IMG/VR virus record: IMGVR_UViG_3300007512_000012
Span: 32,001 to 96,000 of that record
Source: a virus
Reading direction: 5' to 3' (one strand)
DNA length: 64,000 nucleotides
Every line of letters starts with the position of its first letter. The first letter of the stretch is position 1. The notes below the pieces were generated by a model, which saw only the letters and a list, made by a program, of their open reading frames with translations, made no database searches and was not told the origin of the DNA. The position numbers and the translations under genes were made by a program. Positions 54,034 through 63,723 of the stretch are shown piece after piece.

Positions 54034-56088
54034 TCACCTCCCTCCCCGGCCGCGTGAGCGACCCCGGATCAGGGACCGCTGGCGGTCGGGGCTCGAACCA
54101 CCGAGCCGAGAGCGGGCCATCGCCTTGCGCCGGGCCTTCGCCAGCTCGGTCGGCGACGCCTGGCCCTTGTGGCGGCCCTTCTTGCGCGAGGTGCCCGCGA
54201 TGTACTTCCGCTTGCCCATGTGCTGGGTGGCCTCCCACACCATGCGGACCAGGGCGTCGGAGTAGTCGTCGTACTTGTCGGGCTGGTTGGGGGCCTCGAC
54301 CGTCACGATGTACTTGCTGTGCGTCTCCGCCTGAAGCTCCAGCAGCTCCTCGATGTAGTCGGCGTGGGCGTTCGGGTTCTCCGGGTTGGGCTGGTCGAAC
54401 AGCACCAGCTTTTGCTCGAACATCAGGGTCTTGAAGTTGGCGAAGATCTGGCTGGTGAGCTGCTTCGTGAAGAAGACCGACTCGCACTGCGTCAGGCCGC
54501 GCTTGTGCAAGGCCGTCTCGAAGGGGATGCCCGCCCACTGGTCGAACATGCCCTTCTCGATGTAGAAGCGGCGGCTCAGGGCGTACAGCCAGGCGGTGAT
54601 GTCGTCGAAGGACAGCCGCTCCAGGTCTTCGTAGTCGCCCTCACCTGCCCGGATGCGCTCGATGTAGTCGAGGACGATCCGGTGCTCCTCGTCGATGTGG
54701 CCGATGGCGACCGCGCAGTAGTCGCCGTCCACCAGGCCCGCCGAGATGTCGATGCCCATGAAGTGCGGGGCACGCAGCGGGGCCTTCTGCGCGGGCCGGA
54801 GCATCGGGTCCACGCAACGCAGCAGCGGCCCCGGCTTCAGCCAGCCCTTCGTCCGGTCCGTGAACTCGGCCCCGAACTCCGTGAAGAAGCTGTCCGGGTC
54901 GGTGGCGTACTCCTCCGCGAGGAACGTCGCCTCGACCGTGGGGTTCACCTCCCACGTCGGGGCCTGGATGCAGAGCATGTTCCGCGACTCCAGGCCGCCG
55001 GAGTAGCCCTGCCTGAACTTGCGGAAGAAGAAGCCCTGCTTCCCGAGGGGGGACGAGATCGAGAGGATGCGCCCCTCGACCTTGCCGATGGCCCGCCGCC
55101 GGTTGCGGGGGTCCTTCGGCGAGAAGGCCGCCAGCGACGGCTTGACGGCCCGGTAGATCGTGAGCGCGTCGCTCTGGCCCACGTCGTTGAAGTGAGCCAG
55201 CTCGTCGAGGATGATGACGATGTTGCCTGCACCGCGCAGGCCCTTCGCCACGCACGACTTGAAGCTGACCTTGATGGTCGCCTTGGCCGTGGGGTCGTCC
55301 ACGTACCGGCCGAACCGGCTGATGTCCTCCGGCGACTGGAACTTCGCGTAGGACATCGTGTTGTTGGCGGTGTAGGGCTTGTAGAAGGCGCAGTTCGAGA
55401 AGTGGCCGCTGGCCTCGTTGTAGAGCAGACCCGCCTGGTCCTTGTCCGTCGCCACGCTGATGAGCTGGATGACGTTGGTCTTCGGGATGCCGTAGTACCG
55501 CTGCGGGTTGTCCTTGAGGATGAGCTTGTAGACCTCGTAGGCCATCACGCAGGCGCAGATGAAGGTCTTGCCGGAACGACGGCCGATGGAGAGCACCAGC
55601 TCGCGGCGCTCCCGGCCAGGCACCACCTCCTTGATGTTGCTGCGGCCCTCGGCGTACAGGAACCGGAGGTACTCGGCCTCCGTCATGTAGCGGGGGTTCT
55701 CCCGCCGCCAGTCGGTGATCTTGACCCGGAACTTGTAGAAGCCGGTCTCGTCCTCCATCGCGTCCGGGTAGTCGAGCGGCTCCTCCGGCTCGACTTCATC
55801 GGGCAGGAGATCGATCAGCTCGCCGGGCTCGTCCTCATCCTCGTCGTCCGGCAGGAACGCGATCTCGTCGTAGTTCGGGTGGTCGGACGGGACCTTCTTC
55901 GTGAGGTCCAGGCCCCACGGGTTGTCGTCGAGGGGGATGCCGTAGTGGGCCTTCAGGATGACCCGCTGCACGGGATACAAGGGGATGTTGAGTCCCCAGG
56001 ACGACTCCACGAACTCGATGATGTTCGCTGGCTGCTGCCCTGTTCGCTCTTGCTTTCCCGCTGCGAGGGCGATGTCCGCCAAGCTCAT
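54034..56088 (-). CDS. terL: Terminase large subunit
   Basis: LYPVQ adenine-binding motif, Walker A GRRSGKT, Walker B IILDE, coupling motif ISSP, RNase H-like MGID...DDYSDA. Confidence 0.92.
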   Translation of the reverse strand: MSLADIALAAGKQERTGQQPANIIEFVESSWGLNIPLYPVQRVILKAHYGIPLDDNPWGLDLTKKVPSDHPNYDEIAFLPDDEDEDEPGELIDLLPDEVEPEEPLDYPDAMEDETGFYKFRVKITDWRRENPRYMTEAEYLRFLYAEGRSNIKEVVPGRERRELVLSIGRRSGKTFICACVMAYEVYKLILKDNPQRYYGIPKTNVIQLISVATDKDQAGLLYNEASGHFSNCAFYKPYTANNTMSYAKFQSPEDISRFGRYVDDPTAKATIKVSFKSCVAKGLRGAGNIVIILDELAHFNDVGQSDALTIYRAVKPSLAAFSPKDPRNRRRAIGKVEGRILSISSPLGKQGFFFRKFRQGYSGGLESRNMLCIQAPTWEVNPTVEATFLAEEYATDPDSFFTEFGAEFTDRTKGWLKPGPLLRCVDPMLRPAQKAPLRAPHFMGIDISAGLVDGDYCAVAIGHIDEEHRIVLDYIERIRAGEGDYEDLERLSFDDITAWLYALSRRFYIEKGMFDQWAGIPFETALHKRGLTQCESVFFTKQLTSQIFANFKTLMFEQKLVLFDQPNPENPNAHADYIEELLELQAETHSKYIVTVEAPNQPDKYDDYSDALVRMVWEATQHMGKRKYIAGTSRKKGRHKGQASPTELAKARRKAMARSRLGGSSPDRQRSLIRGRSRGRGGR

Positions 56089-56101
56089 GGCGTGCCCCCT
56101 C

Positions 56102-56782
56102 CTAGACGGATCGCTTCATCCGGGTCTTCGCTTCGTTCTTCCAGTCCTCATCCACCATCGAGGAGAACTTCGCGAAGACCGTCTCCACCTGCTCAGGGCG
56201 CAGACGAGCGGCGTTCATGGACTCCCTGAAGGTGTCCATGATCATCTTGAACAGGACCGCGAAGCCGGGCGACTCCAGGTCGATCGTGCGGCTGGTGAGC
56301 TGGTCCTTGCGCTTGAGCCACGTCTCGGCCGTGGCCCGGAGGGCCTGGACTCGCTTCGACGAGAGCCCCGAGGTGTCCTTGCCCTCGCGGGCAGCTTCCT
56401 CGCGCTCGAACTTCAGGCTGGCCTGCTCCTCGCCGAGACCGACGATGATGGCCTGGAGCAGGTCGGTGGACTCGGGGTCGGCCCGCATCTGCGCGAGGAT
56501 GTCGTCGGCGTCCATCGCCGACTGCTTGCGCTGAAGGATGGCGGCGACGGTCGCGTTGGCGGGGCCGACGTTGGTGGCCGAGGGCTTGCCCGGCTTCCCC
56601 TTCATCACGATGGGGTCGCCGTTCTTCTTCGTCTGGATCTGGTCGGTGTCGGCCAGGTCGGCGATGGCCTTGTACTTCGTCTCGCCCTTCGCCGTGAGGA
56701 CGCGGACGCGAGTGGCGCTCGGCGGGATCTTCGCCAGAAGGTCCGCCCGCCGCTGCTTGTCGGTCTTGCTCTTGCGCGGCAT
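56102..56782 (-). CDS. Possible terminase small subunit
   Basis: Directly upstream of terL; basic N-terminus and helical core; positional inference only. Confidence 0.4.
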   Translation of the reverse strand: MPRKSKTDKQRRADLLAKIPPSATRVRVLTAKGETKYKAIADLADTDQIQTKKNGDPIVMKGKPGKPSATNVGPANATVAAILQRKQSAMDADDILAQMRADPESTDLLQAIIVGLGEEQASLKFEREEAAREGKDTSGLSSKRVQALRATAETWLKRKDQLTSRTIDLESPGFAVLFKMIMDTFRESMNAARLRPEQVETVFAKFSSMVDEDWKNEAKTRMKRSV

Positions 56783-56790
56783 GGGGACTC

Positions 56791-57336
56791 CTACGTGAAC
56801 ACAGGCTCATCGGGGTGGGGGTCGCCCCGATCCATGAAGCCCGCGTTGTTCAGGGCACCCAGGGTGAACGCGCTCGCGGCTCCCCACTCGACCACCTCGA
56901 TGCGGTGGTCATCCCCGTGGCCGGAGTTCGTGGTGACGGTCACGGTGTCCACACCGTCCGACGTGCCAGTGTACCCCGGCAGGGCGGTGATGGCCCCGGC
57001 CAGGTTGGCCGCCAGGGCGATGTCGTTGGCCCCCACGAGGAAGTCCACGCCTGGCCGCAGCTCGGCCTCGCCGACCCGGATGAGGTGGAAGCCAGGCGTG
57101 CAGTTGGCCTGGACGACCGTGATGTCGGCGGTGGCCTGGAGGACCGTGAGGCCGTCGTTGTCCATGCGCCCGACGAGCCCGGAGCCGTTGCCCCGCGTGA
57201 TCCACTGGAACTCCTTGGACTCGCGGATCGGAAGCGGCTGCCCGATGGCCTTGATGTTGTGGCTCGGGTCGGTCCCACCCGGATGCACGGGGACGTGAAC
57301 CTGGAAGGCCGGGCCGGTCCTGAACTTGTCCGCCAT
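56791..57336 (-). CDS. Virion protein carrying the shared insert module
   Basis: ATADITV...DFLVGANDIALAANLAGAI. Confidence 0.6.
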   Translation of the reverse strand: MADKFRTGPAFQVHVPVHPGGTDPSHNIKAIGQPLPIRESKEFQWITRGNGSGLVGRMDNDGLTVLQATADITVVQANCTPGFHLIRVGEAELRPGVDFLVGANDIALAANLAGAITALPGYTGTSDGVDTVTVTTNSGHGDDHRIEVVEWGAASAFTLGALNNAGFMDRGDPHPDEPVFT

Positions 57337-57345
57337 CTCGACCTC

Positions 57346-59592
57346 CTACAGGTGCAGCCCGCCGAACAACACGTCGCCGATGTCCTCGGTGATGGCCGGT
57401 TCGTCCACCTCGACGCTCATGCTCCCGTCGAGGTTGAACTCGCCGGGGTTGAACAGCGACGCGGTGATCTCGTGGTCGGGCGCGTTGGCGACCTGGATCA
57501 TCTGCTGCTTGAAGGTCGCCGCGTCGGCGGGGAGCTGGTGCATCAGCTCCTTGCCGTACTTCGTGCAGACGCCGTTGGCGTTCGCCAGGGCGCAGCCCGA
57601 GCAGCGGCTCATCGCCTTCACGAAGGGCACCTGGTTGGCCCGGTGGGCCGCCGCCGCCTTCTCGCAGCCCTTCGTGCCGGTCTTCGAGGCGTAGGCCGCC
57701 GCGTCCACGTACAGGTGCCCGGCCAGGCCCTCGTGCTCCTCCCGCAGCATCGCGATGAGGCCCTCGCCTGCCGCCCGGAGGGGGCTGGCGAACCGGACGT
57801 GCATCAGGGCGGTCAGGTCGTCCCCGGTCAGCCCCTCCGACATCTTCTGCCGGACCCAGCGGGCCATCGAGCGGAACTCGGCGACCTTGATGCCGCTGGC
57901 TGCCGACGCCTGGCGCATGGCCTCCTCGTCGGCCGCGAGCTTCTTGGTCGCCACCCGCTGCTGGAGAGCTGCCGTGCGGACGGCCCCGCCGTACTCCTTC
58001 GCGGGCTTCGCGGCGGCCATCTTGACCTTGCGGGTGCCCGAGGCGTTGGCGTAGGCCGTGGCGACCTTGAGCACCATCTCGGGCGTCGCCTCGGCTGCCG
58101 CCGTGCGGGCCTCGTCCACGGTGATCTGGCCCGCCTGCGCCATCCTCGCGACGGTGGCGTGGGCCTTCTTCATCTGCGCGGCGGCCAGTTCGGCCTGCTT
58201 GAGCTGCGCCCAGGCCGCGTCACGGCCCGCCTGGCGGTGAGCCGTCACCTGCGTCCCGACGCCGCCGTACATGGCCTCTCGGGGCATCTGGTTGGCCCTG
58301 GCGAGCTTCTCGGCCGCCTTGCGGAGGTCGGCCGGGTTGGCGTCGGACTTCGCGATGCGCAGGGCGTCCTGCTTCGAGATGAGCCCGGCGTCGGCCGCCT
58401 TCTTCACGAGCTTCAGGGCCGCCGTGCGGGCCTTCGCCTGGTCGTCGCGGGCGATGACCTGCTGCACCTGGCGGGGAGCCTTCGCAGCGGCCTGCTTGGC
58501 CTCGGCGAGGGTCACCCGGTCGGCCGGGGGGGTGTGGACCGGCTTCGTGGCGACCACCGGAGCGGCCTCCTTCGGGCCGGTCAGGAAGGCGAGCTGGAGG
58601 GTCTTCTTCGGGTCGTCTCCGACGCTGGCGACCTTGTAGCCCGCCGCCCGCAGGTGCGGGAGGTACTGGCGCAGGGCCTTCCGCCACGGGACCTCGCTGA
58701 CCATCTGCATCGAGAGCTTCGAGGCGATGCGCGGGTTGTCGGTGATGACGTACCGGGCGGTGCGGGCGAGCTTCTTCAGCTCCTTCGCCCACTTGCCGTT
58801 GTGCAGGCCGGGGAAGGCGGAGGCCCGCACGAAGACCTTGCCCGCGACCCCGTGCTCCTCGGCGATGCGGGTCGTCGCCTGCTCGGCGGCCTGCTTCGGC
58901 AGGTGGGCGTGCAGGTAGCGGCTGATCTCGGTCATCGACCGGCCGTAGTGCGACAGGCGCACGGCCTTCTTGATGTGCCAGGCAGCTTCAGCGGCGGACT
59001 TCTCGACGCCTGGCGTCGCCGGGACCCCGCTCTCGATGGACTTCTCGTAGTCGGCGACGGCCTTGTCCCGGTTCGGGACCAGGGCCAGGCCATCGGTGCG
59101 CCGGTTGACGCCCCACGCCTCCTCCAGCTCCAGGGTGGACTTCAGCGGGGGCTTGTCGGGCCGAAGCTCCTTCGGCAGCCGCTCCGGGTCCTGCTCCTGA
59201 GTGGGGTCGAGCCAGGCCAGGTCCGCCATGCTCGCCGCCTGGCGGACGTTCTCGGCCATGTGCAGGGCACCCTCCTCCGGGGAGAGCATCTGCGAGAGGT
59301 CGAAATCGCCCTCGTCGTCCACGAAGGACAGGCCGAGCCCGTCGTCCGCGCTCTTGCTGTCGGACACGAGACCGTCCGGCAGGGCGGACATGCCGGTGGA
59401 CTGCGCGGGGGTGATCGGGCCGGACATGCCGGACTGGTCGCCTCGGCTCCGGGTGCCCTCGCCGAGCGTCTGGTCGTGGTGGAAGCCGTCGAGCCCGTAG
59501 TTGGAGCCCTCGGTCCAGGTGAACTCGTCCGCCGGAAGGTCGGAGTCGGCCATGATGATGTCGGCCCAGGAGGCCAGCTTCTTGTTGCTCAT
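57346..59592 (-). CDS. Large Ala/Lys-rich hypothetical protein with a C-terminal Cys cluster
   Basis: ATGA-coupled start MSNKKLAS; CEK...CSGC...CTKY. Confidence 0.75.
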   Translation of the reverse strand: MSNKKLASWADIIMADSDLPADEFTWTEGSNYGLDGFHHDQTLGEGTRSRGDQSGMSGPITPAQSTGMSALPDGLVSDSKSADDGLGLSFVDDEGDFDLSQMLSPEEGALHMAENVRQAASMADLAWLDPTQEQDPERLPKELRPDKPPLKSTLELEEAWGVNRRTDGLALVPNRDKAVADYEKSIESGVPATPGVEKSAAEAAWHIKKAVRLSHYGRSMTEISRYLHAHLPKQAAEQATTRIAEEHGVAGKVFVRASAFPGLHNGKWAKELKKLARTARYVITDNPRIASKLSMQMVSEVPWRKALRQYLPHLRAAGYKVASVGDDPKKTLQLAFLTGPKEAAPVVATKPVHTPPADRVTLAEAKQAAAKAPRQVQQVIARDDQAKARTAALKLVKKAADAGLISKQDALRIAKSDANPADLRKAAEKLARANQMPREAMYGGVGTQVTAHRQAGRDAAWAQLKQAELAAAQMKKAHATVARMAQAGQITVDEARTAAAEATPEMVLKVATAYANASGTRKVKMAAAKPAKEYGGAVRTAALQQRVATKKLAADEEAMRQASAASGIKVAEFRSMARWVRQKMSEGLTGDDLTALMHVRFASPLRAAGEGLIAMLREEHEGLAGHLYVDAAAYASKTGTKGCEKAAAAHRANQVPFVKAMSRCSGCALANANGVCTKYGKELMHQLPADAATFKQQMIQVANAPDHEITASLFNPGEFNLDGSMSVEVDEPAITEDIGDVLFGGLHL

Positions 59593-60176
59593 GGGGAGCC
59601 TCCGTCGTCCATCTCGGCTTCCTCGCCCTCGGCCCACTCCTCCGGGTCCTCTCGGATCTCGTCCACGTCGTCCATGATCTGCTTGACCTCGCCGCGCTCA
59701 CGCGGGTTGCCACCAGAGTCATCGACATCCGGGTGCCAGTGGACCGCCTGCATCTCGTCGTAGATGGTGTCGGTCACGGCCGAGAGGGCCTCGTCGCAGT
59801 TGGCGAGCTGCTTGCGGATGTCCTTGATGGGCATCACGTAGCCCTTGCCGCCCAGGTTGCCGTCCGGGCTGATGCGCTGCGAGCGGATCTTCGTGAACGT
59901 GGATCGGGCCGTCTGGATGTGCCCGAGGGCCATCAGGGCGGAGCGGAGCACCTTCGCCAGCGGCTTGAGGTGCTTCGCGTTGAAGGCGTAGTCCGGGTCG
60001 ATGCTGCGCTCGGACGCCTGCGGCGGGTTCCAGCCCCACTCGTTGTGGTCGCCTCCCCGGTCCTTGATGAACCGGACCTCGCCCGCCGTCTTCGTCCGAG
60101 CCGTCCGCACGGACGCCCGCACGTACCGACGAGCCAGCCGGTCGATGGCTTCCTTCATCTGGCGGTTGTCGGACAC
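59589..60176 (-). CDS. Hypothetical protein
   Basis: GGAGGTGA RBS with GTG start; DRLARRY motif. Confidence 0.7.
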   Translation of the reverse strand: MSDNRQMKEAIDRLARRYVRASVRTARTKTAGEVRFIKDRGGDHNEWGWNPPQASERSIDPDYAFNAKHLKPLAKVLRSALMALGHIQTARSTFTKIRSQRISPDGNLGGKGYVMPIKDIRKQLANCDEALSAVTDTIYDEMQAVHWHPDVDDSGGNPRERGEVKQIMDDVDEIREDPEEWAEGEEAEMDDGGSP

Positions 60177-60196
60177 GAGCGGCTCACCTCCGGCTT

Positions 60197-60217
60197 CTAC
60201 AGGACTCGGGATATAGG
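60197..60217 (-). promoter_or_regulatory. Putative late promoter CCTAT-N12-GTAG
   Basis: Exact motif upstream of 60176. Confidence 0.7.
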
Positions 60218-60232
60218 CTGGATACCAGCGGC

Positions 60233-60865
60233 CTACACCTTCAGCGGGTTGCCGTCCTCCGAGAACAGGCGCTCGATGACGAACTCCCCGTCGCTCTCCT
60301 TGAAGGACCACAGATCCTTCGTCGCCTTGTGGACCAGGTCGTCCGACCCGTTCTTCGCCTGCTCGAACAGCGACGACAGGTCGCCGAACGAGACGAAGCT
60401 CATCCGCACCGCACCGGCCCGCTTCTTGTTCACCCCCGCCAGGCGGAGGTGCTCGGGGTGGACCGGCAGGAAGATGCCGTCGTCCCAGGCGACCATGACC
60501 ATGCCGTCGTGCGCGGTCACGTCGCCGTTGGCCGAGCGGACGGTGACCACCGTGCCCTCGTCCGCCGGGACGGTGGCGTAGGCCAGCACCGAGCCGAGGT
60601 TGTGCTTGAAGGCCACCCGCGTCCCGGCCTCGACCGGGAGCTTCAGGGCGTTGGCCGCCCGCGAGGCGTCGGTCAGCTCGCGGAGAGCTGTCGTCGAGGC
60701 ACCCTCGATGGTCCGGCCCTGGAGCACATGGTCGATGGCCCCGGTGTCGCCCCAGTGGATGTCGCCACCCACCTCGTCGCGGCCCGGCAAGAAGCTCGCG
60801 TGAGCCTCCTTGCGCACCTTGGTCGGGAGCTGCTCATCGTCGGGGAGGAAGTCTGTCAAGTCCAC
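60233..60865 (-). CDS. Hypothetical protein with an SH3-like segment
   Basis: GTRV...GTVV...VMVAWDDG; C-terminal LVHKATKDLW...IERLF. Confidence 0.7.
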   Translation of the reverse strand: MDLTDFLPDDEQLPTKVRKEAHASFLPGRDEVGGDIHWGDTGAIDHVLQGRTIEGASTTALRELTDASRAANALKLPVEAGTRVAFKHNLGSVLAYATVPADEGTVVTVRSANGDVTAHDGMVMVAWDDGIFLPVHPEHLRLAGVNKKRAGAVRMSFVSFGDLSSLFEQAKNGSDDLVHKATKDLWSFKESDGEFVIERLFSEDGNPLKV

Positions 60866-60873
60866 GAGTCACC

Positions 60874-62145
60874 TCACACGTCGATGCGGATGGCCGTCCA
60901 GCCGACCGTCATGGTCTGGTTGGTGGCGAAGTTGATGCGGAAGCCCGTGACGGCCTTGAGCGTGATCCAGGGCGTCTCGTCGTTGGCGGGCTGCGATGGA
61001 ACTTCGAGGAAGACCTGGAAGCTGGCGTCGCTCATCGGGATGTCGAAGGTCACGTCCGCCGTCGTCGCGGCAGCGAACGCGATGGTCCCCTGGAGCTTCG
61101 GCAGGTCGAGCACCGCTCCCGCGTTGGCGGCGGTGATGGCCTTGACCAGGGTGTTCTCGGCCCCGACCGTGACCGTCTCCTGAACGTCGAGTTCCTCCAC
61201 GGCGCAGTTGCGGAAGATCGCCGCCTGGTCGCCGGAGAGGACCGTCGCGGGCAGGGAGCAGCCCTCGAACAGCAGCGAGCCGTCGCCGTCCAGGTCCACC
61301 TGCACCGGGGTCGCCAGCAGCGTCGTCGCGGCGATGGGGCCGCAGTCGATGAACCTGTAGGCGTTGCCCGTGTTCACCGGCTCGTCGTTGGCGTCGTCGT
61401 ACCGCAGGCTGATGGCCCCCAGGAGCCGGACGCCCTTCGCCTGGAACCAGGACACCTCTTCGAGCAGGAGCAGGCCGAGGTTGGTGCTCTCGGTCCACTG
61501 GCCGCCGACCACCTCGACGTTGTTGACCGCCGTGGCCCACAGCGTCCGGTTGCCCGCCGCCGCGTTGGGGTTCAGGTCGCAGTCGATGAGCGAGAGCATC
61601 GAGCTGCCGACCGTCGAGCCCGCCGCCCCCACGATACGGACGCACGCCTTGTTGGTGTGCGCGTTCGTGATGGTGAAGCCCTGGATGATCGTCGAGAGCG
61701 GGATCGTGCCGAGCTGCGCGGAGATGATGACTGTGTGGTCGTTGCCGACCGCGTCGGGCGTGGCTTCGAGGGCCGAACGGATGGTGGGCTTGCCGATGCC
61801 GACCAGGCGCACACCGTCGCGGACGATGTTGACGGTCTCGTCGTACACGCCCGGCAGGACCAGGACGATGTACGGGTTCGCCGCACTCGCGGCTGCGGGC
61901 ACTGCGTCCAGGGCGTCCTGAATCGCGGTCGCCCCGGTGTAGGCCGCACCTGCCCCGCTCGTGCCCACGATGAGCACGTTGGGGATGTTCCGCAGCCCGG
62001 CGAGCTGCGACAGGGTGAGCGGGGTCGTGACCACGGCGTCCTGAAACGCCAGGCCGTCCGTGGCCGCGTCGCGATTGATCCTCCGAGTCCCGGCTGCGCT
62101 GGGCTCGATGTCGATCTGGTCGATGAGGAAGGGATCTTGCGCCAT
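60874..62145 (-). CDS. Virion protein with a pectin-lyase-like beta-helix
   Basis: IQDALDA...PYIVLVLPGVYDETVNI...VRLVG...IQGFTITN. Confidence 0.7.
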   Translation of the reverse strand: MAQDPFLIDQIDIEPSAAGTRRINRDAATDGLAFQDAVVTTPLTLSQLAGLRNIPNVLIVGTSGAGAAYTGATAIQDALDAVPAAASAANPYIVLVLPGVYDETVNIVRDGVRLVGIGKPTIRSALEATPDAVGNDHTVIISAQLGTIPLSTIIQGFTITNAHTNKACVRIVGAAGSTVGSSMLSLIDCDLNPNAAAGNRTLWATAVNNVEVVGGQWTESTNLGLLLLEEVSWFQAKGVRLLGAISLRYDDANDEPVNTGNAYRFIDCGPIAATTLLATPVQVDLDGDGSLLFEGCSLPATVLSGDQAAIFRNCAVEELDVQETVTVGAENTLVKAITAANAGAVLDLPKLQGTIAFAAATTADVTFDIPMSDASFQVFLEVPSQPANDETPWITLKAVTGFRINFATNQTMTVGWTAIRIDV

Positions 62146-62153
62146 CGTCTACC

Positions 62154-62843
62154 TCACACGAACACGTCGTAGCCGACATCGGCATCCGCCCCGACTGCGG
62201 GGACGTGGCCGAGTTCGATGGTGAACCCCGTCTTGAGCTTGAGGGCCGTGGGGACGTGGGCGTCGAAGAACCCGCGAGGCTCCAGCAGGACGCGGTAGGC
62301 AGCCGTCGAGAGCGGTGTGGTGAAGACCACCGCCAGCGAGCCGCCGTCCGCGTTCGTGATGGTGACGACCCCGGAGAGGTCGCTCGTCTGACCCGTCTTG
62401 ACCAGCACCGAGTAGCCGACCGTCTTCGGATCAGCGAGGGTCCCGTAGGTGGTCGCGGCCGTAGCCGTGAACCCGGTGGTGGTCTTCGCCGCCGCTTCGA
62501 GGACGGTGGCATCCGGGGTGGTGAACACGACGCGGTAGTTCGTGTTGTTCAGCACCCCGCCGGGGATGACGACCGCCTGCGTGGTCTGGCCGGTGAAGAC
62601 GACGTTGCCGCTGTCCACCTCGGTCTCCTGCTGGAGCAGAGCCACCAGCTCGGTCGCCTCCTTCACGTCGTCCATCACAGCCTGGGGCATGGCTGTGAAC
62701 GGATCGCAGATCCCGCCGGTCGGCGTGCGGAAGTTCCGCACGCTCACGACACCCTGGGCGTCCACCACCACGTCGAAGTAGTAGGTCTGCCCGCCCGAGC
62801 TGGACGAGTAGGTGTGGACGGACTGCTGGCGGGTCAACGCCAT
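62154..62843 (-). CDS. Virion protein with repeated beta-sandwich modules
   Basis: Two Y-R-V...KT-x-TGFT repeats, similar to the C-terminus of 60874-62145. Confidence 0.6.
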   Translation of the reverse strand: MALTRQQSVHTYSSSSGGQTYYFDVVVDAQGVVSVRNFRTPTGGICDPFTAMPQAVMDDVKEATELVALLQQETEVDSGNVVFTGQTTQAVVIPGGVLNNTNYRVVFTTPDATVLEAAAKTTTGFTATAATTYGTLADPKTVGYSVLVKTGQTSDLSGVVTITNADGGSLAVVFTTPLSTAAYRVLLEPRGFFDAHVPTALKLKTGFTIELGHVPAVGADADVGYDVFV

Positions 62844-62857
62844 CGCGGGCTACCTCC

Positions 62858-63334
62858 TCAGGCGCTCGCCCGCAGGGCTCGCAGCTCGGCCAGGCGCTCC
62901 GCCTGGTACTCCTCCAGCGAGCTGTACTTGCTGCGGTCCACGCCGTCCGGCCACCGCTGCTGGATGTACTTCTTGTTGTACTCGGACTTGTTCTTGGCGG
63001 AGCCGGTGTCGGGCTTCTTCTGGCCGCCGGGGCCGCCGTTCGTCGTGACGTAGCAGCGGTCCGCCTCGTTGCCCGTCTCGTAGAAGCACTTGCCCTTGCC
63101 CTTGTTGTCGCCGAGCCACTTGCCGGGGTCCTTGACGTTCTTGGCGTAGTCCGGGTTCGTCTTCGGGTTGTGCGGGTTGAACTGCCGCCCGGCGAACATC
63201 TCGTCCAGGTCCCCTGCGAGCATCTCGTCGCCGCAGGCGCAGGAGGCGTGCCGCCGCAGGAGGGGGACGATGAAGGGCCGCGTCTCGGGAACCTCCGAGG
63301 CGATGCGCTTGAGGGTCTGCTTGATCGTGCTCAT
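62858..63334 (-). CDS. Hypothetical protein
   Basis: AAGGAG RBS before MSTIKQ. Confidence 0.65.
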   Translation of the reverse strand: MSTIKQTLKRIASEVPETRPFIVPLLRRHASCACGDEMLAGDLDEMFAGRQFNPHNPKTNPDYAKNVKDPGKWLGDNKGKGKCFYETGNEADRCYVTTNGGPGGQKKPDTGSAKNKSEYNKKYIQQRWPDGVDRSKYSSLEEYQAERLAELRALRASA

Positions 63335-63348
63335 GTGTGCTCGCTCCT

Positions 63349-63660
63349 TCACCAGATTCCGGTGGTCTCGAAGCCCCGCTTCTCGAACCACTCGCCGAGG
63401 GCCTTCAAACCGTCGTGATCTCGGGACCAGAGTTCCAGTCCGTCGAAGTCGGCCTTGATGCCGAGGTCGGCCACTCGGGGAACCCCCTTCATGGCGACCT
63501 TGCCATCACGGAACGAGTACAGGAGGTTCGCGATGTTGCGGATCTCCTTCGCGCCGTAGAGCACCCTGATCCGATATTCGGGGAAGGAGACGGCACGGAG
63601 CCACCGCTGGGCGACCCGCTTCGTCATCAACACCCGCTTGTCGGAACTGGCCTTGGTCAT
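63349..63660 (-). CDS. Hypothetical protein
   Basis: AGGAGG RBS; KRVAQRW motif. Confidence 0.7.
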   Translation of the reverse strand: MTKASSDKRVLMTKRVAQRWLRAVSFPEYRIRVLYGAKEIRNIANLLYSFRDGKVAMKGVPRVADLGIKADFDGLELWSRDHDGLKALGEWFEKRGFETTGIW

Positions 63661-63681
63661 GGGCTGACGCCCTCCTATGCT

Positions 63682-63702
63682 CTACCTGACCGGCGGCATA
63701 GG
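63682..63702 (-). promoter_or_regulatory. Putative late promoter CCTAT-N12-GTAG
   Basis: Exact motif upstream of 63660. Confidence 0.7.
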
Positions 63703-63723
63703 CGAACTAACGCCGAGGCCCGG

